Assembly (NCBI GenBank): GCA_944392275.1
Contig: CALXWA010000002.1
Span: 60,664-124,663 of the forward strand
Source: an uncultured Alphaproteobacteria bacterium
GTDB lineage: Bacteria > Pseudomonadota > Alphaproteobacteria > RF32 > CAG-239
Length of the DNA: 64,000 bases
Reading direction: 5' to 3'
The notes beneath the pieces are model-generated. The model ran no database searches. It was not told the origin of the DNA and was given only the letters and a program-made list of their open reading frames with translations. The translations under genes and the position numbers were made by a program. Of the stretch, positions 8,375 through 17,725 are shown one piece after another (position 1 is the stretch's first letter; each line of letters begins with the position of its first letter).

Positions 8375-9737
8375 AATGAAAAAAATGACTTTTTATCCTT
8401 TGTTGTTTGGAACTTTTTTACTGACGGTTGGCTGTGCCACAACCGTTACGCCCCCTCTTTCTTTGGAAGAAGAACTTAATTATACCGAATCTGTAAAAAA
8501 ACAATATACCGCCAATGCCAAATGGTGGAAACAATACCAAAATCAAGAGTTGGATAAATTGGTCGACCAGGCCTTAAACAACAATCCGGATTATTTGAAA
8601 GCCGCCCTTAACATCAATAAAGAATTATATAACCTCAATCTTAAAACTTATGATTTATTTCCGACATTGTCCGGTGGCGTCAATATGTCTTCTCAACGAC
8701 AAATTCATACCGGAGATTCTTTTTCCAGTAATTTTTCCGGAGAAAGCGGCTTGAGCTATGAAGCGGATCTTTACGGCAAAATCCGCGATCTCCGTTCGGC
8801 TCAAGAATTTGAATATCAGGCAACCGTTATGGATAAAGAATCCGCCAAGCTGAGTTTAATCAACAGTGTGGTCGATTTGTATTTTAATTTGGAATATCTG
8901 CAAAACTCCATTCTTGTTGCACAAAAAAATATCAAAACCTATGAAGATCTGCAAAACATTGCGGAGGCAAAATACAAAAGCGGAAAGACGGATAACCTTG
9001 AGTTTTTACAAGCAAAACAAAGCCTTATTTCGGAAAAGAATCGGCTTTTGGATTTGGAATCGCAATTCAAAGAAATGGAAACCAGTCTGAAAAATATTTT
9101 AAATATTCACCAAGAAGACTCCTTGCCTCTTTCTTTTAATGATATTCTCCAACAACCCAAGCTTGGTGTTAACCTGAATGTACCGGTCTCTGTTTTAGCC
9201 AACCGTCCGGATTTAATCGCCAGCCAATTTCGTTTGGAAAAGGCTTTTAAAACTCTAAATGCTGAAAATAAAAATTGGTATCCGGAAGTTTCTTTGCAAG
9301 GAATTTTAGGCTCTTCTTCCGACAAAGCCCGCACCACATTTGAGTTTCCGTATCTGTTAGGAAGTGTCGAAGTTGATTTGCCGTTTTTGGACTGGAATCG
9401 TGTTAAAAACAATATAAAAATTTCTGAAACGGATTACCAAATTGCCGTAATCGATTTTAAGGATACGCTAAACCAAGCCGTTAATGAAGTATTTTATTAC
9501 TATTATGCTTATGAAAAAGCTTTGGAAATGTACCAAAATACCGAAAAAAATTATCAAAACGCTTTACAAATTACCAAATATTATCAAGACCGATATAATA
9601 CCGGAAAAAGCGAATTTCGTGATTTTTTAGAGGCTCTGTACAGCGAAAATTCATTGCGCAAAGATTTAATCCAGCAAAAATATCAAATCATTAAATATGA
9701 AAATTATGTTTATAAAGCCATGGCCGGAAAATATTAA
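8367..9737 (+). CDS. TolC/NodT family outer-membrane efflux lipoprotein
   Basis: Lipobox-like LTVGC, WWKQY..ELDKLVDQAL.NNPD, LANRPDL; third gene of the macAB operon. Confidence 0.85.
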   Translation: MNKMKKMTFYPLLFGTFLLTVGCATTVTPPLSLEEELNYTESVKKQYTANAKWWKQYQNQELDKLVDQALNNNPDYLKAALNINKELYNLNLKTYDLFPTLSGGVNMSSQRQIHTGDSFSSNFSGESGLSYEADLYGKIRDLRSAQEFEYQATVMDKESAKLSLINSVVDLYFNLEYLQNSILVAQKNIKTYEDLQNIAEAKYKSGKTDNLEFLQAKQSLISEKNRLLDLESQFKEMETSLKNILNIHQEDSLPLSFNDILQQPKLGVNLNVPVSVLANRPDLIASQFRLEKAFKTLNAENKNWYPEVSLQGILGSSSDKARTTFEFPYLLGSVEVDLPFLDWNRVKNNIKISETDYQIAVIDFKDTLNQAVNEVFYYYYAYEKALEMYQNTEKNYQNALQITKYYQDRYNTGKSEFRDFLEALYSENSLRKDLIQQKYQIIKYENYVYKAMAGKY

Positions 9738-9827
9738 AAATTGTCATTCCAACCGTTTACATTTTGCAAAAAAATCAGTATACCCTTAACAAGAGTGTTT
9801 TTTTGTACGACGGCAGGATAAAAATCC

Positions 9828-12191
9828 ATGGAAAATGATGAGACTTTAACTTTGGCGGATTTGCCTTTGAAAAAAGAGGCAACTATTTTATCAATTGATT
9901 GTGAGGATAAAGCTTTAAGACGGCATATTTTGGATATGGGGCTTACTCCGGGAGTCAAAGTATCTTTGGTAAAAAAAGCTCCGATGGGAGATCCTTTGGA
10001 AATCAATTTAAGAGGTTATGACTTAACGCTGCGGAAAAATGATGCCGCTAAAATTAAAATTCATCAAATCCATAAAAAAAATCCTTTACCCCTCAAAAAT
10101 CCTCCTTCTTTTGAAACAGAACATTCTAAAATCGGAGAAACGCAATCTTACTTGGATCGAAAAGATTTTGTCCTTGCTCCTGATGCTCCTCTACGTTTGG
10201 CTTTGGTCGGAAACCAAAATTGCGGAAAAACAACCTTATTTAACCAACTGACCGGAGCTCATCAACATGTCGGGAATTTTCCGGGAGTCACTATTGACCG
10301 AACCGACGGAACCTTAAAAAAACATCCTTCCGTTACAATAACGGATTTACCTGGAATTTACTCCCTTTCCCCTTACTCTCGTGAGGAGATTGTGACTCGC
10401 AATTTTATTTTACAAGAAAAGCCCGATGCCCTTATCAATATTGTTGATGCCGGAAATATTGAACGAAACCTTTTCTTGACCATGCAGTTAATCGAACTGG
10501 ATGTGCCTATGGTTATTGCCTTAAACATGATGGATGAGGTTAATAAAAACGGCGGGAATATTGATATTAACGGTTTGGAAGAAGCTTTGGGGGTTCCCGT
10601 GGTTCCGATTTCTGCCGTCAAAAATGAAGGGATTGCAGAACTGGTTGAACATGTGTTAAATGTTGCACGCTTTCAAGATCACCCGAAACGGATTGATTTT
10701 TGTGATGCCAAAAGCGATAAAGAAGGTTGTATTCACCGTTGCATTCACTCGATTACCCACTTGATTGAAGATCATGCCCAAAGAGCGAAGTTGCCACCCC
10801 GTTTTGCGGCAACCAAACTTATTGAAAATGATGCCTTGGTATTAAAGTCTCTTTGTTTGCAAAAGGAAGAACTGGATACTTGTTACAAAATTGTTGAAGG
10901 GATGGAAAAAGAGAGAGCTTTGGATAAAGAAGCCGCTTTAGCTGATATGCGTTTCTCTTTTATTGAAAAGTTATGCCTTGAACATGTTTTTAAGCCCCAT
11001 GAGACAACCGGGCATCGGTTGACTATGGCTCTTGACCGTATCTTAACCGGAAAATACACGTCTTTGCCGGCTTTTGTCGCAATCATGGCTTTTATTTTTT
11101 ATTTAACCTTTGGCTCTTTGGGACTCTTTTTGTCTGATTTGATGGAACAGCTCATTTCTTTTATAACCGACAAAACTAACGAAGGTTTGATTGCTTACGG
11201 CCTCAACCCGGTTGTGCGGTCCTTAATTATTGACGGGGTATTTTCCGGAGTGGGAAGTGTTTTAAGCTTTTTACCGGTTATTGTGGTTTTGTTTTTCTTT
11301 TTATCTATTTTAGAAGATACCGGGTATATGGCTCGCGTTGCCTTTGTCATGGATAAGCTTTTGCGTAAAATCGGCCTTTCGGGCAGAAGTTTTGTCCCGA
11401 TGTTGATTGGTTTTGGATGTTCGGTTCCGGCTATTATGGCCGCCAGAACTCTCCCTTCAGAACGGGATCGCAAAATGACGATCTTGCTTGTTCCCTTTAT
11501 GAGTTGTTCGGCAAAACTGCCTATTTATTTTTTATTTACGGCAGCTTTCTTTAACCAAAATCAAGTTCTGGTCATATTAAGTTTGTATTTTATCGGCATT
11601 TTGGTCGGTCTTTGTTTTGCTCTATTTGTAAAAGCTTTCCTGTTTAAGGGACAGCCGGTGCCTTTTGTGATGGAATTACCAAATTATCGGCTCCCGAGTT
11701 TGTTAAACGTTTATCGTTTGATTTATGAAAAATCGAAAAATTTTGTAACAAAAGCTTTTACCATTATTTTTGCCGCCACCATTGTTATTTGGTTTTTACA
11801 ATCTTTTGACAGTCGGTTAAATTTGGTTACAAATTCTTCGGAAAGTTTGTTAGCCGGAATCGGCAATCTTGTGGCCCCGTTGTTTGCTCCTTTAGGAATG
11901 AATGATTGGAGAATTTCGACCGCTTTCTTGACCGGTTTTATGGCTAAAGAAAGTGTTATCAGCACGTTAGGCGTTCTTTTAGGGGGTGATATTGCAAAAT
12001 TACCGTTATTGTTTACACCACTCAGTGCTTTTGCCTTTTTGGTATTCTCTTTGTTGTATACGCCATGTGTTGCTGCAATTGCCACCGTTAAACGAGAACT
12101 AGGAACAAAATATGCCTTTGCCGTTGTGATTGTCCAATGTGTTATTGCATGGAGCGTTGCTTTTCTGGTTTATTCTCTCGGGCGTTTGTAA
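9828..12191 (+). CDS. feoB: FeoA-FeoB fusion ferrous iron transporter
   Basis: N-terminal FeoA (LDMGLTPG, APMGDP); GNQNCGKTT, VGNFPGVT, DLPGIYSL, NMMD GTPase motifs; GFGCSVPA and LYTPCVA membrane motifs. Confidence 0.92.
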   Translation: MENDETLTLADLPLKKEATILSIDCEDKALRRHILDMGLTPGVKVSLVKKAPMGDPLEINLRGYDLTLRKNDAAKIKIHQIHKKNPLPLKNPPSFETEHSKIGETQSYLDRKDFVLAPDAPLRLALVGNQNCGKTTLFNQLTGAHQHVGNFPGVTIDRTDGTLKKHPSVTITDLPGIYSLSPYSREEIVTRNFILQEKPDALINIVDAGNIERNLFLTMQLIELDVPMVIALNMMDEVNKNGGNIDINGLEEALGVPVVPISAVKNEGIAELVEHVLNVARFQDHPKRIDFCDAKSDKEGCIHRCIHSITHLIEDHAQRAKLPPRFAATKLIENDALVLKSLCLQKEELDTCYKIVEGMEKERALDKEAALADMRFSFIEKLCLEHVFKPHETTGHRLTMALDRILTGKYTSLPAFVAIMAFIFYLTFGSLGLFLSDLMEQLISFITDKTNEGLIAYGLNPVVRSLIIDGVFSGVGSVLSFLPVIVVLFFFLSILEDTGYMARVAFVMDKLLRKIGLSGRSFVPMLIGFGCSVPAIMAARTLPSERDRKMTILLVPFMSCSAKLPIYFLFTAAFFNQNQVLVILSLYFIGILVGLCFALFVKAFLFKGQPVPFVMELPNYRLPSLLNVYRLIYEKSKNFVTKAFTIIFAATIVIWFLQSFDSRLNLVTNSSESLLAGIGNLVAPLFAPLGMNDWRISTAFLTGFMAKESVISTLGVLLGGDIAKLPLLFTPLSAFAFLVFSLLYTPCVAAIATVKRELGTKYAFAVVIVQCVIAWSVAFLVYSLGRL

Positions 12192-12193
12192 CG

Positions 12194-13060
12194 TTATTTT
12201 TGCTTATTTTCAACCTTTGCCATCAATTTGGAATTTGCAAAATTAAATGTCTTGGGAGGATTAGGGTAAAATTCGGCTACTTTTTTGCCATAACCAAACC
12301 ACGAAAGTTTGGCAACCTTTTCGGCATCCGGAGTAGCGGTGCAAACTTCTTTAACATAATCCAATGTTGCTTTATCAAATTTAGGTCGGCGGTTGATGGT
12401 TAATTTGCTGGCCTTTACGGCACCATAAGAACAGACATAAAGGTTTGAAACATCCATTAAACCCTTATATACGGCCAATTCCATATATCGACGAACGGCC
12501 AATTCGTTACGGTACTTTTTCCCGGCAAAGCAATATTTTAAAAAATTGCGGGAGATGGCTTCTGTGTCATTGCTATTGATGGCTCGGGCTAAAGCCGTCG
12601 GCCGCCCGTTAACCTCTAAAACCTTTGGCCCGCAGTTATATATCAAACTGGTAAGTGCCGCTCTTTCTGCCGTTTTTAAGGACCTTTTGATTTGACGATT
12701 GATGACGGGATTGGTTTCTTGTTTGAGGTGTTCTTGAACATACTGGCTTATTTTTTCTGGTGTGTCGGCTTTATCTTTCGATGTTACTTTACGACCATCC
12801 GGACGCTTGGTATTTCCTATTCCAACGGTCCAAACCCCGACACAATCTTGATATGCTTCTTTTGAGCATCCTTCAAAAAAAACAAGTAATTGTATTGTTT
12901 TAGCATCAAGCTCCGATAGGGTTTCTTTGGGAGTATTTTTGATTTCGGTTTTATTTTTGGAATTGCCTTCTTCAAGAGAGGAATCTTGATTTTTAGCACT
13001 TCCGGTTACTCCGTGTGCTGCCAACAAACCACTTAACACCAACAATTTTGCGTTTACCAT
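12194..13060 (-). CDS. GH24 (phage-type) lysozyme with N-terminal signal peptide
   Basis: FEGCSKEAYQDCVGVWTVGIGNT gives the E-x8-D-x5-T triad; ALTSLIYNCG and LAVRRYME also fit GH24. Confidence 0.85.
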   Translation of the reverse strand: MVNAKLLVLSGLLAAHGVTGSAKNQDSSLEEGNSKNKTEIKNTPKETLSELDAKTIQLLVFFEGCSKEAYQDCVGVWTVGIGNTKRPDGRKVTSKDKADTPEKISQYVQEHLKQETNPVINRQIKRSLKTAERAALTSLIYNCGPKVLEVNGRPTALARAINSNDTEAISRNFLKYCFAGKKYRNELAVRRYMELAVYKGLMDVSNLYVCSYGAVKASKLTINRRPKFDKATLDYVKEVCTATPDAEKVAKLSWFGYGKKVAEFYPNPPKTFNFANSKLMAKVENKQK

Positions 13061-13165
13061 TTTTGTTCCCCTTTTTGTTTTTTATTGTAACATCGAATCC
13101 GTTTCTTGTAAAATGAAAAAGAGCTCGCCTCTTGTGAGACAAGCTCTTTTATCCTCTCTTGAACC

Positions 13166-13780
13166 TTAATTGTTTGGCCACCCGAGTGCTTGGCTGACAA
13201 GAACCTCCTCTTCTTTAAGATTTAGGGCTTTTGCCACGCCTTTTTTGTCAAAATAACCTCGAACTACATTGTTTAAGCCCCGAGAGGCGGCATATAATCC
13301 GACATTTTGATAGGCCGATCCGGCATGCATCGGAGAATTTTTAGCATCTGTTCCGACATAGAGCAAATTTAACGGAACATTTTTCATATAATCTTGTTGG
13401 TTAAAGAAGGGACGAAGATCTTCTTTGCTTACTTGTGTTAGGGTATTTTCTTTTCCATCATACAACCAAGCACCATCCGCCTTAATCACATAAACTTCTA
13501 AATTCTGTTTGTTCATTGAGGTTGGAATGGTTCTCTTTCCATCATGAGAAACACCCCAGGCACAATAGAGAATCTCACTCAAAACTTGATTATCTATTTC
13601 TTTAAGGCCAAAGCTCCGTTCCGTATGACGATTGTCAATCGCTTCCATTAACGGCATTCCTCCCGTCATATTTGGTTGAGGGAGTTTTATTACCGAATCG
13701 TTTGCCAACGCGTTTAGGTTTATACCAAACATTGCCAAACTGACCATCCATAACAGTTTTTTCATGATTTCTCCTTTCAT
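13166..13780 (-). CDS. Nitroreductase family (SagB/ThcOx-like) protein with signal peptide
   Basis: LPQP..GGMPLMEAIDNRHTERSF, RTIPTSMN, QNVGLYAASRGL. Confidence 0.8.
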   Translation of the reverse strand: MKGEIMKKLLWMVSLAMFGINLNALANDSVIKLPQPNMTGGMPLMEAIDNRHTERSFGLKEIDNQVLSEILYCAWGVSHDGKRTIPTSMNKQNLEVYVIKADGAWLYDGKENTLTQVSKEDLRPFFNQQDYMKNVPLNLLYVGTDAKNSPMHAGSAYQNVGLYAASRGLNNVVRGYFDKKGVAKALNLKEEEVLVSQALGWPNN

Positions 13781-13898
13781 TTTGCATTTTAGTTCTTATC
13801 TATTTAGATATAAAACCCATTAACATCTTATTAATTTTATTATGCTATATTGATTATGATTAGGGGATTTTGTTCTCTCTTGATTTTTTTATTATTTT

Positions 13899-14300
13899 AT
13901 GGTAGATGTGTTTTTGATTTGGAGCTATGGATTTCAGATAATGATAATTGATAGTAATAATAAAAAACAAAAAACGATATTAACCAATAAGTGTTTTTAT
14001 CAGACAACCGCACAGATAATGCGTGATTTTGAAGAAAAAGGGTACGCAAATTCTGCTGACGAAACCGCTAAAGTTATTGCGGCCTATCATGATATTGTCA
14101 AAAAGAAAACCAAAAATAACTTCAATGCCGATTATAATGCCGCTTTTCAAAAAATTGACTTAGCTATTCAAGGTTTGGCGAATAAAGTCTTTTATGATTG
14201 TGATAAGAAAAGTTTGGATTACGCTTATCACTCCTTTGAAGAATTTGACCATATCGGTGCGATTGTTACACGCCAACGCACGAAAAAAGGTACGCTTTAG
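13899..14300 (+). CDS. Hypothetical protein
   Basis: 133-aa ORF filling an intergenic gap; no recognisable motif; start uncertain. Confidence 0.5.
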   Translation: MVDVFLIWSYGFQIMIIDSNNKKQKTILTNKCFYQTTAQIMRDFEEKGYANSADETAKVIAAYHDIVKKKTKNNFNADYNAAFQKIDLAIQGLANKVFYDCDKKSLDYAYHSFEEFDHIGAIVTRQRTKKGTL

Positions 14301-14403
14301 TTTTTAATTTTTCCTTTGTGAGTCTTGTTGCAATATCTGTTGCAAGGATGCTTTTTTTATAATACAAATAGGTTATTCTAAGTAACTTTTGTAGGGTTGT
14401 ATT

Positions 14404-15381
14404 ATGAAAAAAATGTCTTTAATTGGCTGCGGCCGTTGGGGTACCTTCCTTGGTTGGTATGCTGCAAATTATTGCGGGTTTGATGTTGATATGTATGATA
14501 TTCCGACATCTCCAAACTTTATTGAACTTCGGGATACTCGTAAAAATCCTTATCTTTCCATTACAGACAACATGCATTTGCATGATAATTTAGCTAAGGT
14601 TTTAGAAAATGACACAATTATCGTTTCAATCGGTTGTCAATATTTTCGCGGCCTGTGCAAAGAGTTAAGTGCCTATGATTTGACCGGAAAGACTTTTCTT
14701 TTGGCCATGAAAGGTTTGGAAGAACCCAGCGCTAAAATTATGTTTGACGTGATGCGGGAAGAAATTAAGCAAAATATTCATATTGCGGTTTTGGCCGGAC
14801 CGGGGCATGTTCAAGATTATATGAAAAAAGTCCCTTCTTGTGCCGTTATTGATTCGGATGAAGATGCTGTTAAAGACCGGCTTATCAAAACGCTGCAAAG
14901 CGATTTAATCCGTTTTTATTATGGGTCCGATTTAATCGGTAACCAAATTGGGGCCGCTTTGAAAAATGTTATTGGGCTTGCGGCTGGCATTTTGGACGGC
15001 CTCGAGTGGTATGGATTGAAAGGAGCTTTAATGGCTAGAGCTCCGATTGAAGTCGGTCGCTTTATTAAACATTTTGGCGGAAATCCCCATACGGCATATG
15101 GTTTGGCTCATTTAGGCGATTATGAGGCAACTCTTTTTTCAAAACATAGCCATAACCGTACCTTTGGTGAAAAATTTGCTCGCGGGGAGGATTTTGGAAA
15201 ATTGGCAGAAGGTGTTCCTACCTTAAAAGCCGTTAAAATCATTGCGGACCGAGAAGGAATTGATATGCCGATTTGTCAGGCTCTTTATAAAGTTATTTAT
15301 GAAAAAGCCGACATCAAAAAAACAATCCGAGAGATTTTTGACCGTGATTTGAAGCGGGAATTTGAGTTGTTACCGGAATAA
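14404..15381 (+). CDS. gpsA: NAD(P)H-dependent glycerol-3-phosphate dehydrogenase
   Basis: GCGRWG Rossmann motif, KGLE, GAALKNVIG, GLAHLGD, SHNR, AEGV. Confidence 0.9.
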   Translation: MKKMSLIGCGRWGTFLGWYAANYCGFDVDMYDIPTSPNFIELRDTRKNPYLSITDNMHLHDNLAKVLENDTIIVSIGCQYFRGLCKELSAYDLTGKTFLLAMKGLEEPSAKIMFDVMREEIKQNIHIAVLAGPGHVQDYMKKVPSCAVIDSDEDAVKDRLIKTLQSDLIRFYYGSDLIGNQIGAALKNVIGLAAGILDGLEWYGLKGALMARAPIEVGRFIKHFGGNPHTAYGLAHLGDYEATLFSKHSHNRTFGEKFARGEDFGKLAEGVPTLKAVKIIADREGIDMPICQALYKVIYEKADIKKTIREIFDRDLKREFELLPE

Positions 15382-15407
15382 AGTTAAGCCCTCAATCGAG
15401 GGCTTTT

Positions 15408-15980
15408 TTATTCTTTCAGAAACCACTTCCCATCGGCAAAACAAATATGGAACAGGGCCGTGTTTTGCATTTGATGGGGAGGATAACCAAATTTGTAGAG
15501 CAAATAGCGGATAGAACTACCATGTGATGATATGCCTATTGTTTGATATGGAGCGAGCAAAAGTTTTTCTAAAACCGAAAACATACGTTGTTGCATCTCA
15601 AGCTTGCTTTCTCCTCCGGGAAAACGAAGGTTCATGTCATCTTGCGGAGCATACCATTGAGAAAAAATATCGGCATATTGTTGAGCAATATCCTTTTTAA
15701 GCATTCCTTCTGCTTTACCAAAACAGCCTTCGCGTAAATCCGGAATAACATCAACCCCGATTTTTAGTCGGTCGGCAACAATTTGAGCCGTTTGCAGAGC
15801 TCTTTTTAAATTACTGGAATAAATATGTTCAATGCCTTTTCCTTCCAAGTGTTTTGCCAGTTCTTGAGCTTGAAGAATCCCGGTTTGGTTCAGCGGAATG
15901 TCTATTCCACAGCCTTGCCATCTTTTTTCTTTATTATAATCGGTTTCCCCATGGCGGAAAATATAAAAATCTTTATGCAT
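15408..15980 (-). CDS. Histidine phosphatase (PGAM family)
   Basis: RHGETDYN, SSNLKRA.QTA, LRE, SHG. Confidence 0.9.
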   Translation of the reverse strand: MHKDFYIFRHGETDYNKEKRWQGCGIDIPLNQTGILQAQELAKHLEGKGIEHIYSSNLKRALQTAQIVADRLKIGVDVIPDLREGCFGKAEGMLKKDIAQQYADIFSQWYAPQDDMNLRFPGGESKLEMQQRMFSVLEKLLLAPYQTIGISSHGSSIRYLLYKFGYPPHQMQNTALFHICFADGKWFLKE

Positions 15981-16491
15981 TTAGATCAATCCAATAAAAA
16001 CATTCCTTATGACCGTTTAGCGGAACAATTTTTTCCAGTTTCCCGCCATTATATTCGCAGACTTTGCGTGAACGAATATTATAATCACGAATCGTCAGCA
16101 AAGCCTTTGCTACTCCTTGTTGGCGGGCATAAGTCAAGACTTCTGCCAAAATCTGATTACCAAATTTTTGGCCTCGTGCCGAAGGTCTTATTCCATAACC
16201 AATATGTCCTCCATATTGACGTAGAAAATCATTTAAATAGTGGCGGAACTTTGCAACACCAACCGGCTGATTATCGGCAAATAACACATAATAAGTTGAT
16301 GGGACATAACCTTCCGGTAAGTCTTTTCCCTGACTATGAGCTACCACCCTCTGGCAAAATGTAGCAAATTCTTCTTTAGAAAGACCGTGAGCCGGGTTTT
16401 CGAATCCATCTTCTCCAGCCGGAATTTCTTGAAACATTTGATAGATTTCATCATCTTCTTTTGTGTTAAGAGGCCGTAATGTAATTTGCAT
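15973..16491 (-). CDS. GNAT family acetyltransferase
   Basis: GGHIGYGIRPSARGQKFG, N.RSRKVCEYNGG. Confidence 0.85.
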   Translation of the reverse strand: MQITLRPLNTKEDDEIYQMFQEIPAGEDGFENPAHGLSKEEFATFCQRVVAHSQGKDLPEGYVPSTYYVLFADNQPVGVAKFRHYLNDFLRQYGGHIGYGIRPSARGQKFGNQILAEVLTYARQQGVAKALLTIRDYNIRSRKVCEYNGGKLEKIVPLNGHKECFYWIDLNA

Positions 16492-16496
16492 ATTAG

Positions 16497-17282
16497 CTAC
16501 TCCTTTTTTGTTATGTTAATTCCCGGAAATAAACTTTCTGCAACCTGGCGGTAATGTTCATTTAGCTCACTAACCTCAAATTGGTATTGTGCGTTTCGGC
16601 TTAAGGTTATATCAATTTCAACATGACGTGTTAAATAGTCTTGAAGTTTTTCGCCCATAAATTCATCTTGTGATATAACCCGGACCGATGGCGGTAAGAT
16701 TTGTCGAAAATATGTTTTTAACAACGGATAATGCGTACACCCCAAAATTAAACTGTCAATTTCCTTAAACTGTTTTACATATTCGGAAGCCAAATTTTGA
16801 GCTTTGGTGAAATTATTATCCTCTAAGGCCGGAACAAGCTCCGGAGCTGCAAGCTCTTGGACCTCAAGTTTGGGATTTAGTTTATGTAATTCTGTTGTAT
16901 AGATTTGGGAACGGACCGTCGCCATCGTGGCGATGACCCCAATTTTTTGAGCATTAAACAACGTTGCTTCTTCTACGGTTGGAATGACGACACCCAAGAC
17001 TTTAACATCCGGAGCATATTGCGGAATAAAACGTTGTTGCAAGTAGCGAAGCGTTATTGAAGTTGCCGTGTTACAAGCAATAATGATTAAAGCACATTTT
17101 TGCGAGATAAGATATTTTACCGCATCTAACGTGTAGGCCAAAATTTGTCCGGATGTTTTATCTCCGTAAGGAAGATTTTTGGTATCGCCATAATAAATAT
17201 AATCGTATTCCGGAAGTTGACGAATAAAGGCTCTGGTAATTACCAATCCCCCTAGACCGGAATCAAATATCCCTATTTTCAT
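16497..17282 (-). CDS. murI: Glutamate racemase
   Basis: IGIFDSGLGG, PYGDK, IACNTAT, LGCTHYP. Confidence 0.95.
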   Translation of the reverse strand: MKIGIFDSGLGGLVITRAFIRQLPEYDYIYYGDTKNLPYGDKTSGQILAYTLDAVKYLISQKCALIIIACNTATSITLRYLQQRFIPQYAPDVKVLGVVIPTVEEATLFNAQKIGVIATMATVRSQIYTTELHKLNPKLEVQELAAPELVPALEDNNFTKAQNLASEYVKQFKEIDSLILGCTHYPLLKTYFRQILPPSVRVISQDEFMGEKLQDYLTRHVEIDITLSRNAQYQFEVSELNEHYRQVAESLFPGINITKKE

Positions 17283-17378
17283 GTTCTTTTACTCTTATTA
17301 TCTTTTGGAAAGGATAATAAGATTTTCCTTTTTCTTTGGCAACTCTATTTCTGAGTTCATCCGCAAAAATTCACCCAT

Positions 17379-17408
17379 AAAAAAAGCCCTCATTAAGAGA
17401 GCTTTTTT
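17379..17408 (-). terminator. Terminator next to the displaced tRNA-Val 3' end (probably the original host terminator)
   Basis: AAAAAAGC-CCTC-attaa-GAGA-GCTTTTTT hairpin just downstream (minus strand) of the duplicated CCA end. Confidence 0.7.
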
Positions 17409-17409
17409 A

Positions 17410-17569
17410 TGGTGGGTGTGGCTGGGAGGGATATTCCCAAACTCTCGTTTGGGCCCCTTTCGTCTCGTAAGCCTCTGCTTCCGGAAAAATCTAAGCTTTC
17501 GCTAAAGATTTTTCCAGAGCATTCGCCAACTATCGACTCCGAACCAGCGACCCCTACGATGTCAACGTA
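17410..17569 (-). repeat. att site: duplicated 3' half of tRNA-Val(GAC), split by a 112-nt insertion
   Basis: 17410-17427 equals 25420-25437 (18 nt) and 17540-17569 equals 25439-25468 (30 nt); 17428-17539 has no counterpart in the intact tRNA. Confidence 0.92.
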
Positions 17570-17696
17570 AATCTCATGAATTTCCTATTATTTTCTTGAT
17601 TGCTCTTATATATTATAATTACTTATTTTTCAATAACTTTATATTGACTTATGTTTTCTTAATAATTATCTTAAATGAATAAATTTACTAAAATTA

Positions 17697-17716
17697 GTTA
17701 CCTATATGTTACCTAA
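17697..17716. promoter_or_regulatory. Putative integrase arm-type site, left
   Basis: GTTACCTAtatGTTACCTAA tandem repeat; 19 of 20 nt identical to 25354-25373. Confidence 0.75.
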
Positions 17717-17725
17717 GAGAGAAAT

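Noticed and set aside
17281-17505. 74-aa ORF across the left att region
   Set aside because: Crosses a terminator and the tRNA fragment; no RBS or protein-like features.
17428-17539. Assigning the insertion to group I/II introns or to hammerhead/HDV ribozymes
   Set aside because: No P7 core, domain V or CUGAUGA motif seen; a GGCGAAU word recalls HDV ribozymes but I could not build the required pseudoknot, so it is left unclassified.
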